From Octopus sinensis (lineage: Eukaryota), in the NCBI RefSeq assembly GCF_006345805.1, contig NC_043003.1, forward strand, positions 57,970,001-58,034,000: DNA of 64,000 nucleotides, in the 5' to 3' direction. A model generated the notes under the pieces. The model was not told where the DNA came from. It saw nothing but the letters and a program-made list of their open reading frames with translations, and did no database searches. Below, piece after piece: positions 49,369 through 62,477 of this stretch. Position numbers and translations under genes: made by a program. Each line of letters opens with the position of its first letter. Positions within the stretch are counted from its first letter, which is position 1.

Positions 49369-49565
49369 GAGCTGGCAGACACGTTAGCATAGCATGTGAA
49401 ATGCTTAGCGGTATTTTGTCTGTCTTCGTGTTCTGAGTTCAAATTCCGCTGAAGTCGACTTTGCCTTTAATCCTTTTGGGGTCAATAAATTAAGTACAAA
49501 TTACGTACTGGGTTCGATCTAACCAGCTGGTCTCCTCCCCCAAAATTTCTTTAGTAGAAAAAGGA
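49369..49565 (+). mobile_element. SINE-B
   Basis: Family head, core and tail. Confidence 0.85.
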
Positions 49566-49709
49566 TTATTATTATCGTTAAGGGGCCAGGATAATCCTGG
49601 ATCTGTGGGGTTTCCTTAATTGGCCCTTCTTAGGGTTTCTCCTGTATCAGGAGGACTGCCCCATCCATGTTATCGCATACTTTGTATACTGTCTTTTATC
49701 TCTTCTTCT

Positions 49710-49974
49710 CTTACTTGCTTCAGTCAGTAGACTGGCCATGCCGGGGCACCACCTTAGAGAATTTTTTTTTTTAAAGCTTGGTACTTATTCTACTGGTCTC
49801 TTTTCCTGAACTATTAAGTTACAGGGATTCAAACACAGCAACACTAGTTGTCAAGTAATAGGGGGAAACAAATACAAAGATGCACACACACACGTGTGTG
49901 TGTGTGTGGGGGGGTGTCTGTCTGCAAACACAGCAACACTGGTTGTTAAGTGATGGGGGGAAACAAATACAAAG

Positions 49975-50006
<32 letters not shown>

Positions 50007-50170
50007 ATACAATGGGTTTCTTTCATTTTCTGTTTGCCCAGATCCACTCACAAGGCTTTGGTCAGACCATAGCTATAGTAGAAGACGCTTGCCCAACGTG
50101 CCACGCAGTGGGACTGAACCCGGAACCATGTGGTTGAGAAGCAAGCTTCTTACCACATAGTCGCGCCCGC
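49710..50170 (-). mobile_element. SINE-A with a duplicated internal segment
   Basis: aaacacagcaacact.gttgt...gggggaaacaaatacaaaga occurs twice; head at about 50010-50170. Confidence 0.8.
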
Positions 50171-50600
50171 AGCTCTGGCCTTGGTGTCTTTTTCCGTTTC
50201 TTCCTCCCCGTCCTTTATGTAAATCACTGCACAAATTGTTTCCTGTCCTTGAGGTATCCCCCTCGTCTAGGCCCCTGTGGCTAATAAAAGAAATCATTAT
50301 TACCATTGTTATCAACTTCATTGCCACCGGCCTCATCATCATCATCATCTGTATGATTATCACCTGCTGTCTTAAATTATTCCATTCCAGCCTCTATAGA
50401 TTGCTAATTCAATTTATCAACCTATCTAAGAAACCCAGTAATGTTCTCTCAATTAATTCCATTCAACACAGCAGTATCAGAGAATGGCCAGCCACATTTT
50501 TTTTCTCCATTTTTTTTTTTGGTTTTTTTTTTCTGTCTTTCAAATAAATAGTTTGTTTCTTTACATTCATACTTATACACAGACTCACGCACACACACAT

Positions 50601-50655
<55 letters not shown>

Positions 50656-51962
50656 GTCACATACACACATACATATACACACAGGCACATACACATACAG
50701 GCACACACGTATTCATACATACGTACATATACACACAGGCACATACATACACACACATGCACATACACACATACATATACACACAGGCACATACATACAC
50801 ACACATGCACATACACACATACATATACACACAGGCACATACATATACACATAGACACATAGGGACACACATGCACACACGTATTCATATACACATACAT
50901 ATACACACCATGCACACATGTATTCATACACACATGCATATATACACAGGCACATATGCACACACAGATTCACAGTCACATACAAACATACACATATACA
51001 CGCACACTTATACATATACACACACACACATAAACACACATACACATGCACATGTCTCTCCCTCCCTCCCTCCTTCTCTCTCTCTCTCTCTCTCTCTCTG
51101 CAAATATATGTGAGTGTGTGTACTCGTGTGTGTGGTGTTGGTGGTGGGTGGGGTGCAAGGTTTGTTCCTGAAGTGTCATTATGTAGAAAATTGAAACGGT
51201 ACTGTTTGACTGGTGTGTTTTGTTGGTGATGGATGAAAGGAAATTTGTAAGCAAAAGTAGAGAATTAGTTAACTTTAGCCAACAATCCTTGTCCTTCTAA
51301 GAAAAAGGAAAAAAAAACAAAAAGTAAAAAAAAAAAAGAAAAAAAGAAATCCTTTAGTATAAGGTGTGAGATAAGATCTAAACACATAACAAAAAGAGGC
51401 CCCACCCCCCATCACACCCTTATTGAAATTAAAATCTCCTTAGGGGCGAATAGCCATGTTTTAGTGGTGGCGAGGGTAGGAGTGGCGGCATTTGTAGTGA
51501 TGTTGGTTTTACTATTCATTGTAAGCTATCTATCAGTCAAACTTGGATTAGAGAATTCGTTTAGCTAATTTAGCAGTAACACTAGTAAGGTTTAGATTGT
51601 TGCTATTGTTGTTTTTTTTTTATATGACGTTGTAACAGTATGATAAATTATTATTTTAGTACGTATGATAAATCTTATCCTTAATTTTTTTTTTATTTTG
51701 TTTTATTCTGGTAGGTCTTTTGCTGTTATTTGGGATTTTAATTTTTACTTTACCTATATATGTACATCACCATAACTATATATGTACATCACCATTATCA
51801 TCATCATTGTTTAACGCCTGTTTTCCATGCTGGCATGGGTTGGATGGTTTGACTAAGGTCTGGAGAGCCAGCGGCTCTTGTTTGACTAAACCCTTTAAAG
51901 CAGTGCCCCAGCGTGGCCACAGGCTAATAACTTAAACAAATAAAATATACAAGGTATATTAT

Positions 51963-52112
51963 GGTGGCTGTTTGGTAAGTAGCTTGCTTACCAACCACAT
52001 GATTCCTGGTTCAGTCCCACTACATGGTACCTTGGGCAAGTGTCTTCTACTATAATCTCAGGCTGACCAAAGCCTTGTGAGTGGATTTGGTAGATGGAAA
52101 CTGAAAGAAGCT

Positions 52113-52181
<69 letters not shown>

Positions 52182-52380
52182 TTGTACTTGTCCCCCCACC
52201 ATCGCTTGACAGCCAATGTTAATGTGTATACATCTCTGTAACTTAGCAGTATGGCCAAAGTGACTGGTGGAATAAGTACTAGGCGTACAAAGAATAAGTC
52301 CTGGGGTCAATTTGCTCGACTAAAAGGCAGTAATCCAGCACGGCCACAGTCAAATGACTGAAACAAGTAAAAGAAAAAGA
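51963..52380 (+). mobile_element. SINE-A, full length
   Basis: Head, (TA)/(TG) core and tail gtaaaagaaaaaga. Confidence 0.9.
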
Positions 52381-52494
52381 ATTGAATATTTATGTTGCAT
52401 GCATGTGTGCATCCATACGTGCGTGAGTAGAATAAATCTGCAATGTCCACAGATATGGTGTATAAATGCATTCTTAATAAAATGTTTCTACTCT

Positions 52495-52670
52495 GCTCTA
52501 GGCAGAAGGCCTGAAATTTGGGGGGAAGAGGCCAGTCGATTAGATCGACCCCAAAAGAATGAAAGGCAAAGTCGACCTCAGTAGAATTTGAACTCAGAAC
52601 GTAAAGACAGACGAAATACCGCTAAGAATTTTGCCCAGTGTGCTAACATTTTCTGCCAGCTCACTGCCTA
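52495..52670 (-). mobile_element. SINE-B
   Basis: Family sequence in minus orientation. Confidence 0.85.
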
Positions 52671-53291
52671 AATGTCATTTGAGGTTCCAATAAACAAGAT
52701 AAAATTGAAACATAAATGAAGATGAAATTGGAGTGAGTAATGGGTAGATCTAGTTGGATATAGTTAAGGTTAGGGTATCAAAAGGTTAGTGTATTAAATG
52801 AACGAACTACCTACTGTTCCAGGGCTTAACTAACCATAATGAGAAATGTTCTCGGGGTATATTGACTGACCCTTAACCAAAATACTGTGGGTGATAGTGG
52901 ATGGGTGAATGGGGTGTGAAGAATTTTCCTGCTAATCTTGGCAAATTAACAGAATCATTGCAAAATCTTTAGCAACTTGGGAACGAAGATTTTGTGATGT
53001 GTTGAGGCTTTAACCATTTTGTGCGTGCGTATGTGTGTTTTGAATAGCCTGGGTGTTGGGTCAGGTATTCACCCTCTCTCTCTCTCTCGCTTCCCTCCTA
53101 TGTGTGATGTGCGGCTGTGTGCACCTCTTTCTGTCTCTCTCTCTCTGTCTCTCTCCCCAATTAGACAACGAAGGGCTCCCTGTCCCCTCTCTCTCCCCCC
53201 TTTTTTCTCCCAGAAGGGAAGTTGATGTCAATTGCAGATGTTTTGCTTTTTTGAACTGTTGAAAGTTTACTGAGGTATAATAATAACAATA

Positions 53292-53326
<35 letters not shown>

Positions 53327-53396
53327 TAGTAATAATACTGAAAAGTGGGCTTATCAGAGAAGTCAGTCACATACTTAGCTTCTCTCTATTTCCAAC

Positions 53397-53446
<50 letters not shown>

Positions 53447-53652
53447 TGTGTGTACAAGCTAGTTTGATTAACAGCAAAAGAGACAAGAGGGTGATTTTGT
53501 GTTAATAAGCAGGGCATTCTGGAGCTGTGTTAGAATGTCTTCAAGAATGTTGGAGATGATTAGCGCCATTATAGGTAGACATTACTCCAAATTGCTATTT
53601 AGAATAACATAAAGCAAGGCATACATACACAGACACATCTCTCTTTCCCCCC

Positions 53653-53685
<33 letters not shown>

Positions 53686-53826
53686 GTATATATATATATA
53701 TATGTACGTACACATGTATGCATGCTCACTAGAAAATTTAGATACACACATAAACACATAATTATCAACATTGCTATGCATACACTCCACTGACTATATA
53801 TGTGTGTGTATGTACATATAAGTATG

Positions 53827-53857
<31 letters not shown>

Positions 53858-55004
53858 ATGCATATATGTGCATGTATAGATATGTATATATGTATGTATG
53901 TATATAAATATGTATGTCTATATGTATGTGTGTGTATATATATTTGAGTATGTATATATATATATATATATACATACATTTGGGGTATGTGTGTATGCAT
54001 ATATGTGCATGTATAGATATGTATGTATATATATAAATATATATGTCTATGTGTGTGTGATACTATCTTGAAAAAGGACATGTGGGATAACGTCTTCAGT
54101 TCATGCTCACAGAGGAAAAAATATAAGGTGGTAGCCATGGTTGGGATGCTTTCATTCATAGGTATTTGCCCATTCAGAGTTGACCTGGGGCTAACTAACA
54201 TTCACAACTATACATACATCTACATATATACATAAATTTGCCTACACATAGGCACAAACACAGCTTCATTTATATACATCCATATGCAAAGACACACAAA
54301 CACACACACACTCAACTGAGTCCCATACATACATACATACATACACCTCTGCACCTGAGCTTTATACATACACAAACATCTTAGCTATATACATACACAC
54401 ATACATAAAATATACTTATATACATACATACATACATATGTTCATACATACACACACGCTCTACTATATAAGGTAAGGTTTAGTATGTCTCTTTCTTTCT
54501 ATCCCTCTCTCTCTATGTATCTCTGTTTTTCTTTCTTTCTCTCCCCCCCTCTCTCTTATTAGTAGCAAAGGGAAACCCTGTCTATGATGAAGCAGTGGGG
54601 GTGGAGTAACTGAAGGAATGGTGGTGGAGGAGGAGGTGGTGTTGGTGGTGGTGGTGTTGATGGTGGTGGTGTTGATGGTGGTGGTGGTGATGATGGTGGT
54701 GGCTTTAGGCTGAATGGCAGGTTATTAAAGCATTTGAGTTGTTACCCTGATCTAGGGAGTACTGTCACTGTGGAATGCTGGGTAATTACAGTGTCCTGTC
54801 AATGTTGTTGTTTCAGTTTTAGCTCACCAACACCCCATACACCCCGCACTCCAATCCTAGTCTCCCTTCATCCCCATCTCCTCTCTTCCTCTCTCCTTAC
54901 TCTATCTTTAACAACACTCCCTCTCCTGTAATAATAATAATAATACCCAGAACTTCTTCAGCAACCCCCACCCACACCGCTTCTACCACTGCTGCAAATG
55001 TTAC

Positions 55005-55090
55005 CTGAATCTTCTTTTGTGTTCAGAAATTACAGCCCCCCCTCCACCTCCCGACCCCCCCATCTCGTCCTCTTCCTCTTCCTCCTCCAT
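55005..55090 (-). CDS. Candidate first coding exon MEEEEEEDEMGGSGGGGGAVISEHKRRF, phase-2 donor
   Basis: ATG at 55090, CAG|GTAACA donor at 55005/55004; lies downstream of a (GA)n tract. Confidence 0.18.
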
Positions 55091-55188
55091 GTACCTTCTC
55101 CCCTTTCTTTGTCTCCCTGTCTCTTTCTGTCTCCTCATTGACTTTCTCCTCCTCTTTTTCTCTGACTTTACCTCTGCCATCTCTCTCG

Positions 55189-55225
<37 letters not shown>

Positions 55226-55285
55226 CCACCCACAAACTAACACAGTTTAGTCATTTTGTATTTTGTATTCCACTACTACTACTAT

Positions 55286-55325
<40 letters not shown>

Positions 55326-55564
55326 GCTACTACCACTACTACTACCACCACTGCTGCTGCAGTGACTATTACATGCTTGGCCTTCACTGAAAAACCATTA
55401 CACATCACCAACCTACAAAGGGGACACTTTGTGGTCACTCAGTCTGCTGGAAAGAGCAACCAAATTTCCATCACATTAGATTGAACAAACCTTCTTAAAA
55501 CTGGTCACACACAGTAAGGTGATGTGCTATAAAACAGGATTAAAAAAGGATAACGACCCTCTTT

Positions 55565-56040
55565 GAGTCCTATAGCCTCACTCATAAGACCATGTTCCTA
55601 GGTTTTGTGATGTGTATATTAACCCTGGATGGGATGACAGTCTATTGTAGGACTACTCATTTTTTCCAGCTGAGTGAACTGGAGCAATGTGAAATATATG
55701 CATTGCCCGGTCCAAGAATTGAAACCAGAATATAATGATCATGAGTGAAACACACTTACTACTGAACTCTGCACTGCTATGTGATAAAATTGAGTAAAAG
55801 GTGAAAGGTAAAGGATAAAGACCCACCCCTTTCATTTGTAAATGACCATAGGACTGGGCCTAGAAAGTTACTCTCTGAGGCACAAGTCCAGGCTAGGTTG
55901 TTTATGGAAGACCAGCAGTCACCCTTGCATTCCAAGCCTACCTTCTCCATGACACTGATGTTATTCGAGGGAAAAAGGCAAATGCCAACACAGCTTGGCA
56001 CCAGTGACATCGCGACTCATTTCTACAGCTGAGTGAAAGC
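55565..56040 (-). mobile_element. Two SINE-C copies or fragments
   Basis: ccagctgagtgaactggagcaatgtgaaat; gttgtttatggaagaccagcagtc...catttctacagctgagtg. Confidence 0.8.
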
Positions 56041-56047
56041 AATGTGA

Positions 56048-56440
56048 AACAAGAGCTCAAACTTCTGCCAAGGCAACAGCGTCGTCCTCTCAATGATTAG
56101 CCGGAGATGATTTTTAAAATGAGAATATGGCGGTGCCCCAGCATGGCCACAGCTCATGAGCTGAAACTAGAATCAATCAATCAATCAATATCAGAAATAA
56201 TCTTGACTACTGTCACAAACGAGAATACTAAAAATGAACCCAACCACTCTCAAAAACGAGGTTAAAAAAACAGGAAAAAATTATCCAGAATCCTTGTCTG
56301 GTACAGGACCGATCCCAAAATCTAATCTGTTTGGGCAAGGCCAAACATCCCTGGAAGTTTCATCTGAAACCCTCCAACGGTTCTTAAGATATCTTGTCCA
56401 TGGACAAACAAGCAAACATGACTGAAAGCAATAGCAATAC
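56048..56440 (-). mobile_element. Helentron/HINE-like element (sister of 62096-62477) with a 58-bp retro-insertion at 56129-56186
   Basis: Reverse complement aligns to 62140-62470; the insert is flanked by aatat/aatat. Confidence 0.8.
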
Positions 56441-56575
56441 CACACTCCATCCATCCACACAAACCGGGGTTGATGTAATCAATATATGCCCTCCCTTCAA
56501 ATTGCTGGCCTTGTGCCAAAATTTGAAAGCAATATTTCTATTGCCCTGAAATTTTCTTTCCCTCTCTTTCTCTCT

Positions 56576-56910
56576 CTCTCTGTACCTCCTTTCTTTCTTT
56601 CTCCCCCTCTCTCTCTTTCTCTCTGTCCTTTATTTCTCCCCTCTTTTACTTTTTCTCTCTCTGTACCTCCTTTCTTTCTCCCCTTCCCTCTCTCTATACC
56701 TCCTTCATTCTTTCTCCCCTCTCTCTCTCTCTCTCTCTACCTCCCTTCTTTCTCCCCTTCCCTCTCTCTATACCTCCTTCATTCTTTCTTTCTCCCCTCT
56801 CTCTCTCTGTACCTCCTTCATTCTTTCTCCTCTCTCTCTCACTCTCTCTGTACCTCCTTCATTCTCTCTCTCTCTCTCTCTCTGTACCTCCTTTCTTTCT
56901 CCCCCTCTCA
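56576..56910. repeat. CT-rich minisatellite, about 8 units of ctctct(g/a)tacctcc(t)ttc(a)ttct
   Basis: Direct reading; explains the 268-aa ORF. Confidence 0.85.
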
Positions 56911-57429
56911 CTTTCTTCAGGTGTTTTTCTCTTCCTTTCCTTCTAACTTGACATTGTCACAAACCAAAAAATTTCTATTGGTTTTTATTCCTCAACCCTC
57001 TATCTTTTTTTCCTTCTTACCTTTTATCATTTTTTCCTCTTCTCCATCTTCAACCATCTATCTTTATCACTACCACCACAAAAACCATCACCACCACCAC
57101 CACCAACACCTATCATTCTATCTACATAATTTTTTTTTTAATCTTGGGACATTTTCAAAACATTTTTTTTTTTTACTAAAACTATTATTATTATTAATGG
57201 GAACTTCCTATTTTCCATCATTTTTTTTCTGTTTTGTTTTATTTTGGTTTTTGATAGGTGGGAGTGGGTCGAGGGTGGAGAAGTTGTCTTGAAATGATTT
57301 ATTTGCTTTTGTTAATTAAAATATGTTGCTTTTCAAACAGAAATGTTTTCCCCCAAATTTATGGTTACTAAAATTAAATGTCCCATTTGTTATTATTCCA
57401 GATTATTTTTATCATCATTATTATCAGTA

Positions 57430-57462
<33 letters not shown>

Positions 57463-57477
57463 AATTATTATCATAAA

Positions 57478-57513
<36 letters not shown>

Positions 57514-58380
57514 AAGGTGAGTTGATAGAATTGTTAACATGCCAGATAAAAATGCTTTGTAGCTTTTGTCCATTTTTTCAGCTTCTGAGTTCAGTTTTGT
57601 CCAAGGTCATCTTTGCCTTTTATCCTTTTAGGGGTCAATAAAATAAGTGCCAGTTGGGCACCAGGGTCAATGTAAACGTCTTAACCCAAACTTCCTGGCC
57701 TTGTGCCAAATTCGAAACCATTCTTATTATTATACTCTTTTACTTGTTTCAGTCATTTTGACTGCGGCCATGCTGGAGCAGCGCATTTAGTCGAGCATAT
57801 CGACCCCAGGACTTATTCTTTATAAGCCTGGTACTTATTCTATCAGTCTCTTTTGCTGAATCACTAAGTTACGGGGAAGTAAATACACCAGCTATGGTTG
57901 TCAAGCAATGTTGGGGGGGGGGGGACAAACACAGACACACAATGATACACACACATATATATACACATATACATATATACGACGGGCTTCTTTCAGTTTC
58001 CATCTACCAAATCCACTGACAAGGCTTTGGTTGGCCCGAGGCTATAGTAGAAGACACTTGCCCAAGGTACCATGTAGTTGGTAAGCAAGCTACTTGCCAC
58101 ACAGCCACTCTTGCACCTATTATTATTATTATTATTGTTATTATTATTATTATTATTATTAAAAAGGCTGCAAGCTGGCAGAATCATTAGCATGCCAGGC
58201 AAAATATATAGCAGCATTTCATTCATCTTACCATTCTGAGTTCAAATTCCACTAAAGTCGACTTGACCCCTTCATCCTTTTGGAGTCAATAAAATAATTA
58301 CCATTTACATACTGGATCAATGTAATCGACTATGCTCCTCCCCCAAATTTCAGGCCTTGTGCCTATACTAGAAAGGATTA
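57514..58380. mobile_element. SINE-B (+, 57514-57722), SINE-A (-, 57733-58119, B-box region deleted), SINE-B (+, 58164-58380)
   Basis: Family sequences. Confidence 0.85.
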
Positions 58381-58679
58381 TTATTAAAATGGTAGTGGTG
58401 GCAGCGACAGCGGCTGGTAGGATAATTATGCCTCGCAGTATTTGATCTGGCTCTTCCCAAAACTTCTAGTGAACTCAGGGCTGTAGTAGAAGACACTTGT
58501 CCAAAGTGCTATGCAGTCAGACTGAACCCAGAAATATCTCAGTGTTTTGACCTTATTTAAAAGAAGAAATACAGAGGCTGACCCCACAATCAAACAAAAG
58601 CAAAATTATTAACACCTCCTTCAAAAGAAGGACTTGTCTTCAAAACAGTGGATTTTTCTTCCTTCATGATAATTTATCT

Positions 58680-59225
58680 CAGGGGTTCTCAACCATTGTT
58701 TTTGTCTATGGACCCCTTTCGTTACGATTCTCTTCTGGTAGACCCCCTGTAAACTAGTTTTATCGATACTTCTTTTAAAATTTCCGTTTTGTTTTTCCCA
58801 CATTAACTTGTGTATGTTTAACTATGTAAAATGTTAGAGAAAGAAATCTGGCCGTTTCTTGCAATACATACCAATACATACATCGAAATAAAGCAGGGAT
58901 TCTCCACCATTTTTCATCTATGGACCACATTGATTATTCTTTTATTCTGGTGGATCCCCATAGCCATTCAAAACTAGTTTCATCAATATTTCTTTCACAA
59001 TTCCTAGTTTGTTTTTCACACATTAACTTGTGTAAGTTGAACTATGTAAAATGTTAGAGAAAGAAACCTAGCCATTTCTTGCAATAAATACAGCTAAAGC
59101 AGAATTTTTTTCTTAAACCCCTTACATACTACTGTGGATTCTCAAATTACTATCTTGCTTGCATCAATCCCAAAAAATCTTATATGGATACTCAGGGTTC
59201 GTATGGAACCAGGTTGAGAGCCATG
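58680..59225. mobile_element. Tandem dimer of the hAT-type MITE, inverted relative to 22402
   Basis: caggggttctcaacc at 58680, cagggattctccacc at 58894, ggttgagagccatg at about 59212-59225. Confidence 0.8.
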
Positions 59226-59829
59226 AACTAAACTTTAGCTCATTGTGCGTGCTTTTTTTCCCCCCACTTCTTCAAATTTTTTGTGGTTCAAAATTAATTT
59301 AGTTTCAGCAGACAAGTTTCGCTATGAAAATGTATGGGGATTGTGGCAGGGGGGGGAGGGAGGGAGCAGCGGCCAGGTTTTACTCATCCTTAGCTTCCTA
59401 AACCCTGCATTCCACCCTCATTAACCCAACTCCCGTCAGCTTCCTTGCTTTGTAGTTGGTTCATTCATTTTTTTTTAATCAGATCAGGATGCTCTCTACT
59501 GGAGCACATTTCTTTTTTTTCAACCAAATTAAGTTTAGTGAGTGAGACAGCAACTTCTACCTAGTTGCCCTTCATCCACACCGCCCCCCTCAAATAGCAA
59601 AGATTTGTCGATGTAGTAGCATGTGTGTGTTTGTGTGTGTGTGTGTGTGTGTGTATGTGTGTACCACCCGTCTACTCACACACACACACACACCACACAT
59701 GTTCAAAACTGTGGAGGACTCCACCCCACTCCCCAGGGCTGGATACTGATTGCTGAGCAGCGAAGCTACCTTCATAATTGGGAACTGTCTTAATTGATGG
59801 AAAGCATGACATGAAGACAAGTTACTCAC

Positions 59830-59844
59830 CACTCTTCAACTCAC
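59830..59844 (-). CDS. Candidate 15-nt microexon, or tandem 5' splice sites (phase 1: GELKS)
   Basis: gtatttccgcttag|GTGAGTTGAAGAGTG|gtgagtaac; only phase 1 is open. Confidence 0.22.
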
Positions 59845-60551
59845 CTAAGCGGAAATACTCCTCTCGTGTGTTGTTAACACCACATTATCCCAGAACAAAA
59901 GTGGAATTCAACTTGTCAATTAATTATACACACACACACACATACACACACACACACATGCACACACACACACATGCGTGTGCATGCTGAGACACAAAAT
60001 TATAAGTCTATTTCGGGGTTGGTTTACCACATTCTTTTCACATCCATTCTTCAGTTCTTACATATTTTACTCCAAACTCTCAATGCTAATTATCTCATTA
60101 TCTACCTTGTGTTTCTGTGATTCTAACATTCTTTTGCTGGTTTCACTCTTTGATCTGTGGCCATGCTGTGGCACCATTATCTTCAAAGAAATTTTTGTTT
60201 AGTCAATTATATTGCTCCTCTCTTCACGAAATTTTGTGACATTCTCCATTGATTTCTGTTTACCAAATGGCTAAGTCAATGTTGGCATAAATAAGGATAC
60301 GTACATGTGAGACTTGGAGATGAAATAATGCCTGTAAATAGCAACATGAGGTGTTTTTGTCCAAAGCATCAAAACCTGGTTGTGTGGAGTTTGATGGAGG
60401 TTTGTTTGACTGCTATTTCTAGCAAATTACTAGAACTTCATTTGCTTGTATTCCCCCTAATATTGTGTCTTTGTGTGTGTTTACATCATGTATGTGCTCC
60501 AGCATGACTGCAGCTGCATGGCTGAAATGAGTAAAAGAGTAGTAGAGTATA

Positions 60552-60734
60552 GGCACAGGAGTGGCTGTGTGGTAAGTAGGTTGCTTACCAACCACAAGGT
60601 TCCAGGTTCAGTCCCGCTGCATGGCACCTTGGGTATGTATCTTCAACTATAGCCTCAGGCCAACCAAAGCCTTGTGAGTGGATTTGGTTGATGGAAACTG
60701 AAAGAAGCCCTTCATATGTGTATGTGTGTGTGTG

Positions 60735-60765
<31 letters not shown>

Positions 60766-60952
60766 TTGTCCCCCCAACATCACTTGACAACCGATGCTGG
60801 TGTGTTTACATCCCTGTAACTTAGCGGTTCAGCAAAAGAGATTGATAGAATAAGTACTAGGCTTACAAAGAATAATTCCTGGGGTCAGTTTGCTCGACTA
60901 AAGGCGGTGCTCCAGCATGGCTGCAGTCAAATGACTGAAACAAGTAAAAGAA
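60552..60952 (+). mobile_element. SINE-A, full-length reference copy (about 400 bp)
   Basis: ggcacaggagtggctgtgtggtaag...ggttcagtccc...(TA/TG)n core...cagtcaaatgactgaaacaagtaaaag. Confidence 0.92.
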
Positions 60953-62095
60953 GATATATATAGATGGATAAATATGTATATATAATACATGCGTGTGTGT
61001 GTGTGTGTATACACACACACGCATACACACACATATATATATACATTCATATAAAAGATGTATATTTATGATTCTTAGAGTTCTATGCTTTTGAAAGCCA
61101 AAGCCACAATTTGTTTCATCAATATAAATTAACAGAATTCTTTCTCTTTTCCTCTCTATCTCTCACACATACACAAGCACATGCACACACACACACACAC
61201 ACACACACACACCACACACACACACACACACAACCCAACCATTGTTTGCTGGTTACTTCATCTGTGATAAACATTTTAACTTCCTTGCAGATTCTCAGGT
61301 TTCTTTGTCATTAAGCTTCCCAAGCAGTTTGTAGATTACACAGAGAGGGTCACCAACCTCCTCTCTCCTCCCACCTCTCTCACTCTTTCTCTGTCTCTCT
61401 CTCTCGCTTTCTACCTTACCTGTCCAAGAAACAATACACCAACAAGTAGGGCACCTTTTTATTATTCTAAACAACATGGTTTGAGGGCTGAGCCCCCACC
61501 ACCACCACCACTTCCTTTGTTTGTTGTCTAGCTCTTTATATAAATTTAATTACTGCCTCTGAATAATTATCAACTGTTACCTTTTACTGTCTGATCATGT
61601 GACATCATCATCATCATCATCATCATCATCATGATTACTCCTTATTCTCCTCTCAGTGGGGTGAGGTCGTGATTGGACTGACGGAGGGGGGGGGGAGACG
61701 TTCAAGTAAGGAGTGAGGGCGTTTGTGTGTAGCATTCAATCATGTATGTGTGACAGGTCTTGCCTGGGGGAGCTTACTGTCATTCTAGGAAATGGCATAC
61801 CTGATATCATTGCCAGGTAGATCTTGACACATAAAAGAGATTTAGATTGGTTTAGCAGAGAGTGAAAGAGAAGTAAGAGAGGATGTCGGTGGGGGTGGGG
61901 GGTGGGGATAATAAAGTTTTGTAAATGAATAAAGGGAGCAACCAAGGGGCATATAAAGACTGGAGTGGCTTTCCTCTGAAGAGTTCAAAGAAAATAATGC
62001 AAGCTTGTTGGAAATGATCAGCATGGTCAAAGACAGAATAACCATCAGATAGCTTCAGATTCTACAAGATATGACTAATTGATTATCTGTATTAG

Positions 62096-62477
62096 TTTAT
62101 TTCCTCCGCCTTAGCGAAGGCGGAGGTATTGTTTTCAGTTGTGTTTGTTTGTTTGTTTGCTTGTCCATAGACAAGATACCTCGAGAACCGCTGAATGGAT
62201 TGGGATGAAACTTTCAGGGATGTTTGGCCTCGCGACTGGCATGAACTTATTAGATTTGGGGATCGATCGGTTACTGGACAAGGATTCTGGATTATTTTTC
62301 CGTTTTTTTTAAATTTAATTTTTGAATGCAGTCAGGTTCATCTTTAGTATTCTTGTTTGTGAGAGCAGTCAAGTTTATTCCAGATATTCTCATTTTAAAA
62401 ATCATCTCTCGCTAATTGTTGAGAGGACGTTGGTGTTGCCTTGGCAGAGGTTTGTACACTCTGAGTGCTCTTGCTAT
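62096..62477 (+). mobile_element. Helentron/HINE-like non-autonomous element
   Basis: 5' hairpin CCTCCGCCTT-agcg-AAGGCGGAGG (62103-62126), (GTTT)n, gatgaaactttcaggga, 3' subterminal IR ccttggcagagg (62439-62450), then ctctgagtgctcttg. Confidence 0.75.

Noticed and set aside
53211-53271. 61-nt segment with a strong acceptor and GAG|GTATAA donor
   Set aside because: All three frames contain stops and the pyrimidine tract derives from (CT)n; at best a non-coding exon
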